From positions 248,001-312,000 of the forward strand of contig JAIVFI010000002.1 in the NCBI GenBank assembly GCA_025558095.1: a stretch of DNA of 64,000 nt. The letters are read 5' to 3'. This document shows positions 22,106 through 34,000 of this stretch, piece after piece. This stretch comes from Hyaloraphidium curvatum SAG 235-1 (taxonomy: Eukaryota; Fungi; Monoblepharomycota). The first letter of the stretch is position 1, and every line of letters starts with the position of its first letter. Position numbers and translations under genes: made by a program. The notes below the pieces were generated by a model that saw only the letters and a program-made list of their open reading frames with translations, ran no database searches and was not told the origin of the DNA.

Positions 22106-25028
22106 GGCGATGTACCGATGCGGATGTTATCATTTGCAGCGTTGATGGTGAGCTTGGCGCTCTACACTGGCCCAAGCATAAGCCAAATAAAGGACATCGT
22201 GGGGTAGACCCAACTCCGGCCTGCACTGCCCCTCAAAGCCTCCCGGAATCTCCACCTGCTCTGCCCGCTGCAAACGCGTATTCCTCCGGCTGTTCCATCC
22301 GCCACCGGAGCCGTCCACAGTCCGCGCCGGCCCCCACTGCCCATCCCTCTGGCACAGCGCTTGCAAGGCGCCCTCTCACACCATCCCCGGCTCCTTTGCC
22401 CTTCACCCTGCTGTCCCTCCAGGTTCGTCGGTTAGATCGTTCACAACGTCGCCGCGGGCGCCAGGAGGAGGAACGGGAAACCAAAGGCGTCCCGAACTGT
22501 GACCGGCAAACATTCACCCGCGCGCGCTGCCTGCAAACGCCCGGAGGGCAGCCCCGCGGGAACGCCGGCGCCGTGGGCGTTACGCACGGAGCGCGATCCA
22601 GCTCATTTGCTCGGGGAGGCGGAATGTTCTGATACTAGTCGGTGCGCGACGACGCGCCATCCGCGGGGTGGGTCCGCGCCCGGCGTCTGGCGGCCACGGC
22701 AGCGCAACGTTCGGGGAGCAGGGCTACGGGAGAAGGCGAAGCCGACGCCGGAGGCTCCGGCCGAGCGACAGGTGACTCCTACGAGGGCTTGTACAGGGCT
22801 GCCTGTCCAGGCCCGTGCCTCGCGTTCGTTTCTGCTCCCCAGGAGCGGGAGCTGCCGTTGTCAAAGTCTCACATCGACAGACTGCACTTTGCCGCAATCT
22901 GCAGGCACTGGCGCAGACCAAGTTCCACGGCGAGCGGTGGTGGTGGTTGAACTAGCTCTTCACGTTCATGTCGAGGTCCGACATGTGCGTGCCAGCCGCT
23001 AGTTCACCGTCTGGGTTACGATGACCCATTTCGAGCCGCTGCAAGTCCACATCAGCCGATAAGGCTAGCCAGACAGGCGCAGCCTTCGCGTCCGAACGTT
23101 CGCCGGCGGTCCCGCCGAAGCAAGCCCGTTCATCTCATCGAGACTCGGCAACACCACGTGCTTGCCAACCGACCTATCGGTGGCAATGTCCTGGCCAAGA
23201 GTTACTCTTTCCTTTGGGGGAGAAGAGCTTGTTCCTCGGGCGAGGTCGGCAGGCCGACCCAAATCCTGCCCACTTTTGCGAGCCGCGTCTGCACGCAGGT
23301 CGCGAGGTCCATGAATGCATTTCTGGGGTCCTTCCTTGTCGCACGGCCCGCGTGTCGGCGCCGATATGGGCAATCAGTGGCCGTGGCCGTTTTCCGAGCT
23401 CCAAATGCAAATGCGGGGCCGCCGTCCACGGCAGGCGGCCCACCCCGAAAAAGGGCGGTCGCGTACTTGTCGGTGTCCAAGAGAGGCGCCAAACGAGCTT
23501 TCCGGACTAGCCCGACGACGCCCAAGAGCGCAAATGGGGGGACACTGGGGGGCGGTTTCGGAGGGGGCTTGCACGCGGTGGCGATCCCTCGTCGACTCGA
23601 CTACGGCGACTCGTCCGGGGCCGCAGCCTGGCCGCGACCCCGAGAGCGGAAAGAACGGTGCGGCCGCTTTTGATGCCGCCCTGTGTCGGTCGGCAGCCGC
23701 ACGCACAAGCGCCGTCGGTGTGATTCCGTCAAGCGGGCGGCCCCGCCGACCGGCCCAGGCCCACTCTCCTCCCCGGCTCCCCCGAGCCGGAACACCGCGT
23801 GATGGAACCCTTAGCCGCCAAAAGACCCAGATTGCTTGCTCGTGGAAGTTTATCGCCCCTGCCTCGATGGGTATTTCACGGATTTCCGCAAGGCGGGAAA
23901 CCCTGCAGCGTCCGACGAGTCATTGGCTCGCGGCGGGGGAGCCCGTGCCCAACGTCGCGCGCTGGCATTCTTCGATCTCGTCAGGCTTGCTGTTGGCTAC
24001 TCAATCGCGGGACAGGCGTTGGCGAGGATTCGGCGGCTCTGGAAGGCTCGGGCTTCGCGCCGTCCCCTTGGGTTCGCTCCAAACGAGGCCTCTCTGCTGC
24101 TGCGGTCGGAATTCTTTCTTGAACCACGGACTCTTTGCTCCCTGCTCCTCAATGTTTGCTTGTTGCTCTGCCCTCGACAAACGTTTTTCTGGACTTCGCG
24201 AGCGGCAAGTTTTCCGTTGACTCGGAGCTAGTGCACGCGGCCTCTCGAAAGCGGCGACGGGGCTCATTCGTGCCCCATTTGCTGAATGGCATCGGTATCC
24301 GAAGTGGCTCGCTTGCTCACCGAGAGGGACTGGATGGACTTCCACGTTGCTGTTTTGAACGTGGCCTGCCGAAGCAGCCTGTACTAGCCTCAACTACGCG
24401 AACCGACTGAACGACGCAGTCACTTCCGCAGATTCCTACCTCGGTCAGGGATCGAACGAAGCGGACACTGAGGCTCACTGGATCCTGCAGGGAGCGAAGG
24501 AAAGATCGGCCGCTATATGGCGAGGAAGACTGAAAATGACCTCCGCAGTGGATTAGCGGCGCATTAGACACGACGTGGGCAGCGGACACGTCAAGATCAT
24601 CCCGCTCATTGTTGTCTCGTAGGTGACTTTCTCTCGAGTTCGCTCACCAAGACGTTGGGGACGCCAAAAGATTGGACCGACGCGCTGGCGCTCCGGCACC
24701 TCGAGTGACAGCTCTTGTTGGGCAGACGGCCTGCTGCCTCGTTGCTGGACAATGAACCCCTGGCTCTCGCTCTACCTTAGCTTTTTTGTTGCCGGATTCA
24801 GCGACGCGCCGCTCACTTTCTCACTTTGATGAGCCGGGCGTCAGGCGCTCAATCCGCGGCCCGGCCCGAGTCCTTCCCCCCCTGGGAGCCTCGGGTCCCG
24901 TTCGCATTAAAGCAGTCACAAGGAAAGCGGTAGACTCGGTTATTCCTGGAGCGCGCGTCCTCGCCAGTGTGGTCGGCCGACCAGTGGCGAACGGACCGGC
25001 CGCGACCGCGCTGACGACAGGCACCGCG

Positions 25029-26139
25029 ATGAGCGCGTCGTATCACTCCGCCCCGGCATTCTTGTGGGCGCCGCCGTACGGTCAATATCCGCCGTCGCTG
25101 GGATGGCCACCAACGCCCGCGCCGCCTGCGTGGCACCACGTGGGTTCGCCGACATGGTCACCGGCGCACGGGCCTGCGGCTGCGCAAAGCGGAACCGACG
25201 GCGGAGGGCACTTTCCGCACCATACCTATGCTGGATACGAGGCGTCGGCTTCGCGCCGGGCGGCCCCATCGGGGTGGAATCAAAGTCTGGACGTGGCACC
25301 GGGTCAACCCAAGCCATGGCGCGAGTGGTACGCAGAGTTCCTCATCAAGGGAGGCATCCCAGTTCGCCGCGAAGCTACCGTGGCGGAGCACGGACCACCA
25401 CCCTCGCGGCAGGCCACCCCGGCCTTCACCGAACCTCCGCGCCCGCCGGTGCAATCCCCCGTTCACCATCCCCTCTCCCAAGCACCCATCCAAACCCCAC
25501 CAGCCCCCATTTCAGGCCCAACTGACTTTGCACCCCTCCTTCCCTCCGTGGAACGGCGCGCCGTGGCGGCAGATCCCCCCGAACCGGCCGAGGGCACTCT
25601 GTCCGACGCCTCAGAGTCAGAGCCCCTCTCGCCTCCCCCCTCGCCCGCAGGCAGCGTCCGCATTTCAACAACAACTCCGACAGCGGCATTACGAATTTCG
25701 TCCTCGCTGGACGCCCTGATTCCGCCCTACGCCGCGAGGATGCCGCCTCCGGACCTCGCACCACTCGCCCCGAGAGGCAGGTCCCTCAAGAAAAAGGTGC
25801 GTCTCCAGCGAGACCCGTCCCTGCGGCACCTTTGCGATAGCTGAACCTTGCACTGCGTCTGCGCCCCGAAATCAGGTGATCGAGAAGCGCCGCCGCGAAG
25901 CCTTCGCCGCCGAGCTGCGTGCGCTCGCTGCCGCCGTCCCCGGCGCCGGCTCCGCCACGCAGGCCTCGGTGGTGCTGCGCGCGCGGGACTACATTGTGCG
26001 GCTGGTGAGGCGGGAGAAACTGCTGCGGAGGTTGGTGCTAGAGAAGAAAGCGGAAAGCATGGGGCTTGACCTGTCCGATCCGCCGACGTTTGAGTGCCTG
26101 CTTGCGGACTTGGAGAGGGAGCTCGAGCCGGTACCATAG
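25029..26139 (+). CDS. bHLH-ZIP transcription factor, tandem copy 3
   Basis: Exons 25029-25796 and 25876-26139; intron GTGCGT..CAG at the same position. KKKVIEKRRREAFAAELRAL...; shared motifs PWREWYAEFL and DFAPLLPSVERR. Confidence 0.9.
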
Positions 26140-29100
26140 GGGATATCCGAATGTGGGTGTACTAAACTGGAACGTTGGATACGAGAATGTTGCTCTCCAG
26201 CATCTCCAGGTCGGATCGTCCGCCAAAAGGACCTCGCTCGCATTGACCCAAATTCAGCCCAGCACACGCCTCAAAATCCCACCCAACCTCCACCGGCTCG
26301 TCCTCTGGCAACCGAGTAACTCCGTTGACGACGCGATGGGCACCTCCCACCAGTCCACGATGCGCAGGGCCACCAGTCACCGACCTGTGGATCCCACCGT
26401 CAAAGCGCGCCGTCCCAAAGCCGTTCCTGTCCCTCTCAGTCATCCCCACTCCAATGTGCTCCCCATCTGAGGTCATCCATGACCCGGGTCGGTGGTCCTC
26501 GTTGCGAGGGAAGGGGGCCGGAACGGCCGGGCGTCCCGAACTGTGACCACCAAACCGATTCGTGCGCGGCCCCAAGCCCACCGGCAGAGCAAACCTGAGG
26601 GCACCGCGTGCGCCAACGTCATGAGCGCGCGGCAGAGGCATGTAGGCGGTGGTGTAACGGCCTTGTCCGCCGCGGGCGGCGACGGAAGGCGAGGGGTTTA
26701 TCGGCTCCGTATGCCTGGCGGCCTGACTATGGGGGTCGGCGGAGGCGGCCCGCCCCAGTACGAGGTTCTTGGAAGAAAGAGCGCGGGGGAAGTTTGGCCG
26801 GAGCCGCCGGACTGCGTGGAGTGAGCGTTGGTTGCTCGGGATAGCGTGCGCCGTCCGGGCCAGAGCATAGGTGTCCGGTCCCGGCAAGGGAGAGCTGCGG
26901 TCCCAACTTGTGCACCGAGCAGATAGTTGATGAGTGACCAAGCAGACGCCGGCGGTGGCCCAGATCCGCGGACGAAAGGTGACGGCGCAGGCAACTGGTG
27001 CTACGCCGACGTTCCCAAACCCTGCCTTGCGAAGATTTGCCCACGAGTCTCGCAACGGAACGAGGCCACTGGTCTGACACTGGAGCAAAGCATCTAGGCA
27101 AAGGCAGGTTCGCAGACATGCCGACGCTTTCGGTTGAAGAGAGCAGGGAGGCGGCAGTGAGGACTGCAGTGGCGGAACTGGGAGGGATCGACTTGTGCCG
27201 CTCGCCCAGGATCTGGTTCAGACGACCTAGAGCAATTCGAGTCCAGGTCTGAACACGGCGCAACCCGAGAAGCGGCGTTGGAGGCGACGAATCGGCAAAC
27301 ATCGAGCAGAAGACTTTCCCATGGCGATTCCGGTGACGCGGAGCCCCTCTGCGCCTCGAGACGGAAACGGGACCACGGCACGACAACAGAAGCTTGCTCT
27401 GCGACATGCTGGTGGCAGCGTAGAGACCGAAACAGGCTCTTTTCTTCGCCAAGTGCGGCATCCCGGGCGCGAACCAACACCGCATGCGCCGGTCGGCCTG
27501 CCGCGCCGCGTCTGCCCAAACGCCGCCAGCTCTGTGGGCTGCACATTCCGCCAGTCTGCTTCGTGTCGCACGTCCAGCGTTTCGGTCCCGAATGGGCAAT
27601 CAGCGGCCGATTTCCGTGCCCGAGAGGGAGGGCGGCCGACCGAGACCCGCGGGCGGCCAACCAGAAAGTGGCGGTCCGCGTTCTCGGCGGGTTCCAAAAG
27701 GGGCCAGACATGCTTCGCCAAGCAGCCGTGGTAGACGACGGGCGAGCCGACGCTCGGGGTTTAGGAGACGGATGACTCGATCGACCCCGAGGGCGTAGGG
27801 CCCGTCCGGCCGACTCGACGGTGACTCGCCCATGGTCGCGCGAGGGCGTCCCGGGCGCGGAAACTAGCCCGCTCGCAACGGCCCCGAGGGATGTCCTGTG
27901 GCGCAGCGGCCGGCTCCAGCCGTGGCCGGGGGCGCCCCGACAGGCCGACACCCCTTCCCACCTTTTCGTCCGCGGCGGGTTCCGAGACCGCCCGGCGACC
28001 CGTACTATTTGCTTGGGAAGAGGTTTCCGGCCATGGGCCGACAGGCATTTCAGGGAAACCACCGCCGCGCGGCCGGGGTCGCCCCGCCCGCGATATTGGC
28101 TCGCCGCGGGGAAAGCCAATCGCTCAACGTCGCGAGCGGCCTTTGCTCTGCGACCGCGGGTTTTCTTTCGGGCTGCTCATTATCGGGACAGGCTGCGCCG
28201 GGAATCGGCGGCTCTGGAGGGCTCATCGCCGCGCGTGCCCGCGCCGGTTGCGCTGCTTGCGAGGGCTCCCCATTCCCCCGGGGCCCGGCTCGGTCCAGGG
28301 ACTCTTTGCCTCCTGCCCCCGAAGGCCCAACCGCTCTTCCCGAGCTGCTTGGCGTTTTGGCTTTCGGAGCTCCGTGGCAGGACGGGGAGGTCAAGTCGGT
28401 TCGGAACGGACGGCACGCCGGTAGCGGCACCAAGCTCTGTCGTGCCCCGTCGACGCGGATGTGATGTCGCGGGATACTGTGGGCCGACCAGGACGAACAG
28501 CACTGGGACCCTGCCATCGTTGGCGCCGCCGTCCGTCATCTGGCATTTCCAACCACGTGAAGCGAAAGAAGATTTCCGGCCGCCTGCTGATGGGATCATG
28601 GGATCATCGCGGCAGACGCAATCTGGACAGGGCTGCCGCTGTTGCGGGATCTGCGGGGCGCACCGCCTCCTCCGTCGAGTGCGGCCCAGCTCTCGGGTTT
28701 CGGCGCCGTATCCGACAGATCACTTTGGCCACAACCAGGGCGCAAGTCCTCTGCCGACTCCCTGGCAACCGGAGAGCAGCAGCACCGCTCGCCCACCGGT
28801 GGATCGAAAAGCGCAGTTTCCGCCTGGTTTCCGCCGCGAGGCCCTATTCCGTCCTTCGGGTCCTCCGCGGTTGCCGCTTTCGCCGGGGCGGGAACCGCGC
28901 GGGCACCTCGAACCATGCAGTGTTCCCTTTCAACTGCTCGAGAACGTCTCAGAAACCGGTTGATTGCCGAGAGGGCAAGTGAAGGGGCCGCTCTGCCGAA
29001 GAGAAGCCCGGCAGTGCGCGTGTCGAGGGCGGATGCTAAAGGGAGCCCGATCCGAATGGCCGAGGAATAATCGAACCGCCGGGAATCGCAGCAAATCGGA

Positions 29101-29738
29101 TTACAGAGTTTCGGCGACTTTGAATTGTGGAGGAAAGAGTTGGAGGATGTCTTGTTTCTCGTTGCCCTGTGCGCGAAACCTACGTCATGCGATAAATGCT
29201 CCTCTAAGGCACCGACTCTCCAACCCCTGTGAGGGACATTGATGCAAGATTCGAACATTCAGGTATCTTCCGACACCAATTGGAACGTCGTTTGGTCCGG
29301 AATCGGCCAGTGGCAGGCACATCCATCACCAACGGGAGAGGACGTCATGCAGCCACGCACTTGTCGTACGGCCGGACCTTCAACGCGTTGTCGCCACGTC
29401 ACCCGACTGACGGTGAGATTATCCGCAGGTCCGATCCGTTCTGCCCATGTTCCCGGGCGATCCGCGTGGGGAATCCTATCTGCTTGGTGCCCCGGTTGAT
29501 CGGCCAACCATGCGGCTCCTTTGGCCCCACATTGGGCCGGTGAATCGAAGCAAATCGCAGCCGTCTAGATTGGCACCGTCTCTGCCATTCAGTCCATGCA
29601 CCGCCGCCGACGATTCTGCAAAGCCAGTGCCGAAAGCCTCGTGAACGCTTGGAGGCTTGGACTGCGGGAAACGGGGAACAAGCTTTTGTAGCAGCGTGGG
29701 CGGGAACCGCACACTCCATCCACGCGCCTCCGAGGCCG

Positions 29739-31007
29739 ATGGCGGCGGACGAGCGCCCGCTGCCAGGCCCGCCTCCGCACGGCGCGGCCTTTCCGCCGGC
29801 GGGCTGGGCGCCGTGGGGGCCGTGGCCCGCACCGCCGCCAGCGCCCCGCCCGCCCGCGCACGCGCCGCCGCCGCACGCCGCGCCTCCGCCGCCGCAGCAG
29901 TACGCGTCGGCGGGGCCCGCGGGGCCGCCCGGGCTCCCGCACGCGGCGTGGGGACCGCCCGCGCCGCCGCCGGCGCCCGAACCACCGCCTGCCCCGCCCA
30001 GCCACCCGCCGCCGTGGGCATCCTGGGGCGCCGCGGCCTATGGTGCGCCGCCGCCCGCCGCTCCTCCCGGCTACGGCCCGCCGCATATGCCCGGCTACGG
30101 GGCCCCCGGGCCACCAATCACGGGACTGCAGCGGGCGCACGAGGCGTGGGGTCAGCCGGCCCTTGCACCCCAGGCAGCGCCTCAGGGTGCCCCGCCGACG
30201 CCGTGGGGACAGTGGCCCGAAGGCTATCGCCACCACTATGGGGCAGGAGGGCCCGAGACGGTCGTGGCGCAGCCCTTGCCAGAACCTTTCCGCCCGCCGC
30301 CCCAAACAGCCCCTCCTCCGCCGCGCTGGACCGCTCCCGCCGAGCTTCCGCCGCCCAATCCCTCGTACGCGGCAACAATTGACCCTCCGCGTGATGTGCC
30401 GCCCCGGATAGAGCCGCCTGTGGCCGCACCACCGCCCCGTAGTCTGGCACCGTCGGCTGCGCTGAGCTACATCCTGGATGCCGACCCGCCGGCGGCCGCG
30501 GCGGCACCCCCCTCGCTCGTCTCTCCCTCCGTGGCTTCCCAGCCCGACAGCTCCCCGGTCAGCGTCCCGGACTACGTCCTCCGCACCTCGCGGCGCTCGC
30601 CGGACAACGACAGCCCGGACGAGTACGGCGGCGGCCGGCGCCGCAAGTCGGCCGGCAAGAACGTGCGTCCCAACCCTTTCCTCGGCCCCGGCCGTCCAGC
30701 ATTCACCCCTGACTGACCCCATCCGCCCCGGCAGGCCCTGGAAAAGCGCCGCCGTGACGCCTTCAACTCCGAGCTGCACGCCCTTAGCGCCTTGATCCCC
30801 GGCATCGGCGCCCACGCCGACACCAAAATCGGCGTCGTGCTCTGCGCAAAGGACTACATCAGGCAGCTGCAGGCGAGAGAGAAGGCGCTGCGGGCGCTCG
30901 CGGCGAAGCAGAGGGCGGCGCTAAAGGGGCTGGACCCCGCGGACGAGACGGTGCTGAGTAGCATGCTGGTGGAAGTGGACCAGCTGCTATCCGCGGACCC
31001 GCCCTGA
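29739..31007 (+). CDS. bHLH-ZIP transcription factor, divergent copy 4 (most Max-like)
   Basis: Exons 29739-30662 and 30735-31007; intron GTGCGT..ACTGAC..CAG at the homologous site. Spliced RRKSAGKNALEKRRRDAFNSELHALSALIPGIGAHADTKIGVVLCAKDYIRQLQAREKALRAL. Pro/Trp/Tyr-rich N-terminus. Confidence 0.88.
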
Positions 31008-34000
31008 TGGTCCCATTAAGACGTGCTCCGGATCCGGCGGATCCGGAAGGAAGCAGGCATCGGGCCGCGAATAAAATCTGCGAAGCTCCTCTATGTCGAT
31101 GTTCAACACGAATCCAATCCCAACAGCCATCTTTCGAACTTCGTTCCCCGCATCCAGCGTTGTCATGTCCGGAACATCGTGTCGGGACCACGTTCCGCCA
31201 GATCCGTTGGCGCAACCCCCGCCGACTCACCAGCACATCTGCGCTCGAACGGCGCCCAGTGGCAACACAGGCGAGCACCAGCTTGGTCGTTGGCGTGGAA
31301 TGCCGCAATATCCACCAAGAAAGCGATGCAGAAGCGTCGCCGGCTCGGATGGGTGAGGTCTGCGGGCCGGCAGCCCTTCCGCGAGCGATCCACGCCGGCG
31401 GAGCGAAAGCCAACGGTTCCCACCCCGATCCCCGGGCGGTGGGCTTCGGCTCCGAGCCGACGCGCTCCGTTAGCCCGTGCTGGCGGGTTGGGCACGTTCA
31501 CGGAGTTCGCGCGCGGGAGATTCGGAGAGCTGTTGCGTGGTTCCCGGCACGGGGCCTCAGGTGGCCGTCGACAGAACGACAGGCTCCCATTCGCCGGGCA
31601 CCGCTTCGTCCTGGGCACGCCGTCCCCGCCAGCTGCAGCGCCGCTGCGCTCGGGTATCTCGGTCCTCCGGAGCGTGGCCTCCCCTGCGCCCGGGATTGGA
31701 GAGGTTGAGCAGAGCGTTCCAGTCGGAAGCCGACCACGCGCAGGTCGTCGCCGCGCCCGCCGACCGGGCCGAACGCCCCGGTCGGTAATTCCTACGCCCG
31801 CAAGCATGCAGCGCGGCGGAAGGGTGCCGTGGCTCCTGCGGAGCGACCCCGACGAGAGGGTCGTGTGGGCGAGGTCCCCGTCGGGTCCGCGCGCTGCCCT
31901 CGCCCGACGGCCGGGCTCTGTGAACTGCCCCTCATAGGCACCGCCGGGCACCTGCCCATGCGCAGGAAGCGGTGCAGGGTGCGGCCCGACCGTGGGCTGC
32001 GGGGGAGGGAGCCCGACGCGAGCGGAGCCGCGGTGCCCGCGCCGACGCTCGGGACCGCTCGCCAAAGATTGAGCCTGGAAACAGCAAGGTCCGGCAGGGG
32101 AGAAAGACGGTCCAAACAGATGGGAGCCGGGATCTAGGTCGCCGTGCGGCTTGCGCCTCTTTTTTCCGCCGCTCTAGTAGTCAGCTGGAGGTGCGTCCGA
32201 GGCAGGCTAAAGAAGATGACGTCAAGACTCGGAGTGACACTGCAATGAGATTCGAAGCATACCGAAGGGGTCGGGAGAGACGGTCCAAGCGGCAAAGGTG
32301 GTCTAGCTTGGCGCCTTCCAGGAGCTCCAATTGTTCCTTGCTGCGGCCGGGGCAGCCCGGCCGTGCAGCTCCGAGCAAGCTGTCCCAATTTGGCCAGTCC
32401 GCGACACATCAGGAGGTAACGTGGTCGACAGACATAGGCCGACCGGAAGCGCGGCTTCATTCCGGCGCGTAGGGAGCCTGGGGAGGGAGGGGGATCGAGC
32501 CCTGACCAAGACCGAGCTGAAGGGCTCCAGGGAGGTGCGGGATTGGCTCGGGCGGGGCTCAGAGGGCCTCTGAGCACAGGTCCAGCCCGTGAAACCGTCG
32601 AGAATGGCTGCCGCGGGAAAAGACGGACCGCCAGCTGGCGAGGCGAATCGCTGGCGCCGCCGTCCCTTGCCGCAGCGAGGCCATGTCCAGGGCCGCGGCA
32701 GGCCGGAAAAGGTTGGGCGCAGTGTCACAACACCGTGTGGGCCGTTTCGCCATGGCTCGGCTACGGAAGGGCCCGCGGAGGTTGGCCGACTCGGGGAAGC
32801 GCAAACAGGGTCCGCCGGCCGCCGTGTCCGCGCACCCGGCGCCGGAGCGACGACTAGCCACGGTCGAAATAGAACGCAGTCGCCGCGGCCCTGCAGAGGT
32901 CTCCAGGGATGGCGTGCCAACCTCCTTGTCGCCGACGATGACGGTCGGCCGGAAGCGCGCGCTCGACGCCGCTGGCGGCCAACACGATACCACCGGTATA
33001 CGGATTCGAAGGACTCAGTAAAAGAACGATTCCGAATCGATGTTGAAATGAAGAACGACTGTATTGCTTACCAGTGACGGACGAAGAGGCTCGAAGTGGT
33101 TCGTGGCGGGACGAAGAAACATCGAGTCGGGCGATCTGCAGTACTTACAGTCTTGGCCTCCTCGTTTTCCAATAGCTTCGCTGTCAATGCAAAAGACGTT
33201 AGAACACCGTCACCAAGACACAGTCGTCACCAGCTGCGCCTCGAAGCCGTCCGCGGGCCCTGTTCCAAGTCAAGCTAGGGAGGGGAAGACGATGGAAGCG
33301 AAGACGAAAGCTTGCCAGACTTCCGAAGAAGAACGCAGCACTTGGTTTTTCATCCACTTCGCCGAATGTGAGGGCGCCCCCGACGCCGATGCCGCGCGAG
33401 CGATGCTTCCAGGAGACCGAGCGAAGCCAACGTTTCCGATCCAGAAATTCTAGCGAGGGAACCCATCATCAAGACGACCGGCTCCGTTCTCCCGTGCAAA
33501 CGTGTTCGGCGCGGCGGTGCAAGTTGCGTGGGCAAGATGCGGAAAGCTGTCTCGCTTTATCCCGCCGGCGGCTGCTGGGGCCACACAGTCAGACTGAAAC
33601 CTTCCGCGGGCGACACGACTCGCCCCGGCCGACAGGCGCCGTCCGTGCGCGCCTGAGCGCAGTCATGGTCCGGTCCGAGGGAACGCCGAGGTCCGCCACC
33701 CCGTAGCTGCCTCGGGACGGGGGAGGGATCGCCCCGCACTGCGCTCCATTGCGGGACGCCGCCCGAAGCCGTCGACCCGACGGCCGTCGCCCCTGCCGAC
33801 GGTGCCCGCCGGTGCCGTTTAAGGTAGTGCGCCCAACGCGCAGCGGAAGGAACTCGTCGTGGTGCCGACTGAGCCCGAACGACGGTCCTTGTCCCCTCCG
33901 GCTTCGGCGGAACCGCGCGCTGCCCTCCGCGACGGCCGAACGCCGGAAAATCCACCTCCGCGGGAGTCGCCCGGCGTCGTTCCGTCCGCGGAAAAGGGCG

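Larger units (their letters stand above)
16400..29700 (+). repeat. Ancient tandem segmental duplication: three ~4.1-4.7 kb units, each a bHLH gene plus a long spacer
   Basis: Paralogous genes at a regular spacing, plus collinear conserved spacer motifs (GTCCCGAACTGTGACC; CGACTCGAC at ~19082/23593/27810; ATTTCA[G/C]GGA at ~19390/23874/28047; [A/T]GGCTCGC at ~19441/23924/28097). Confidence 0.75.
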
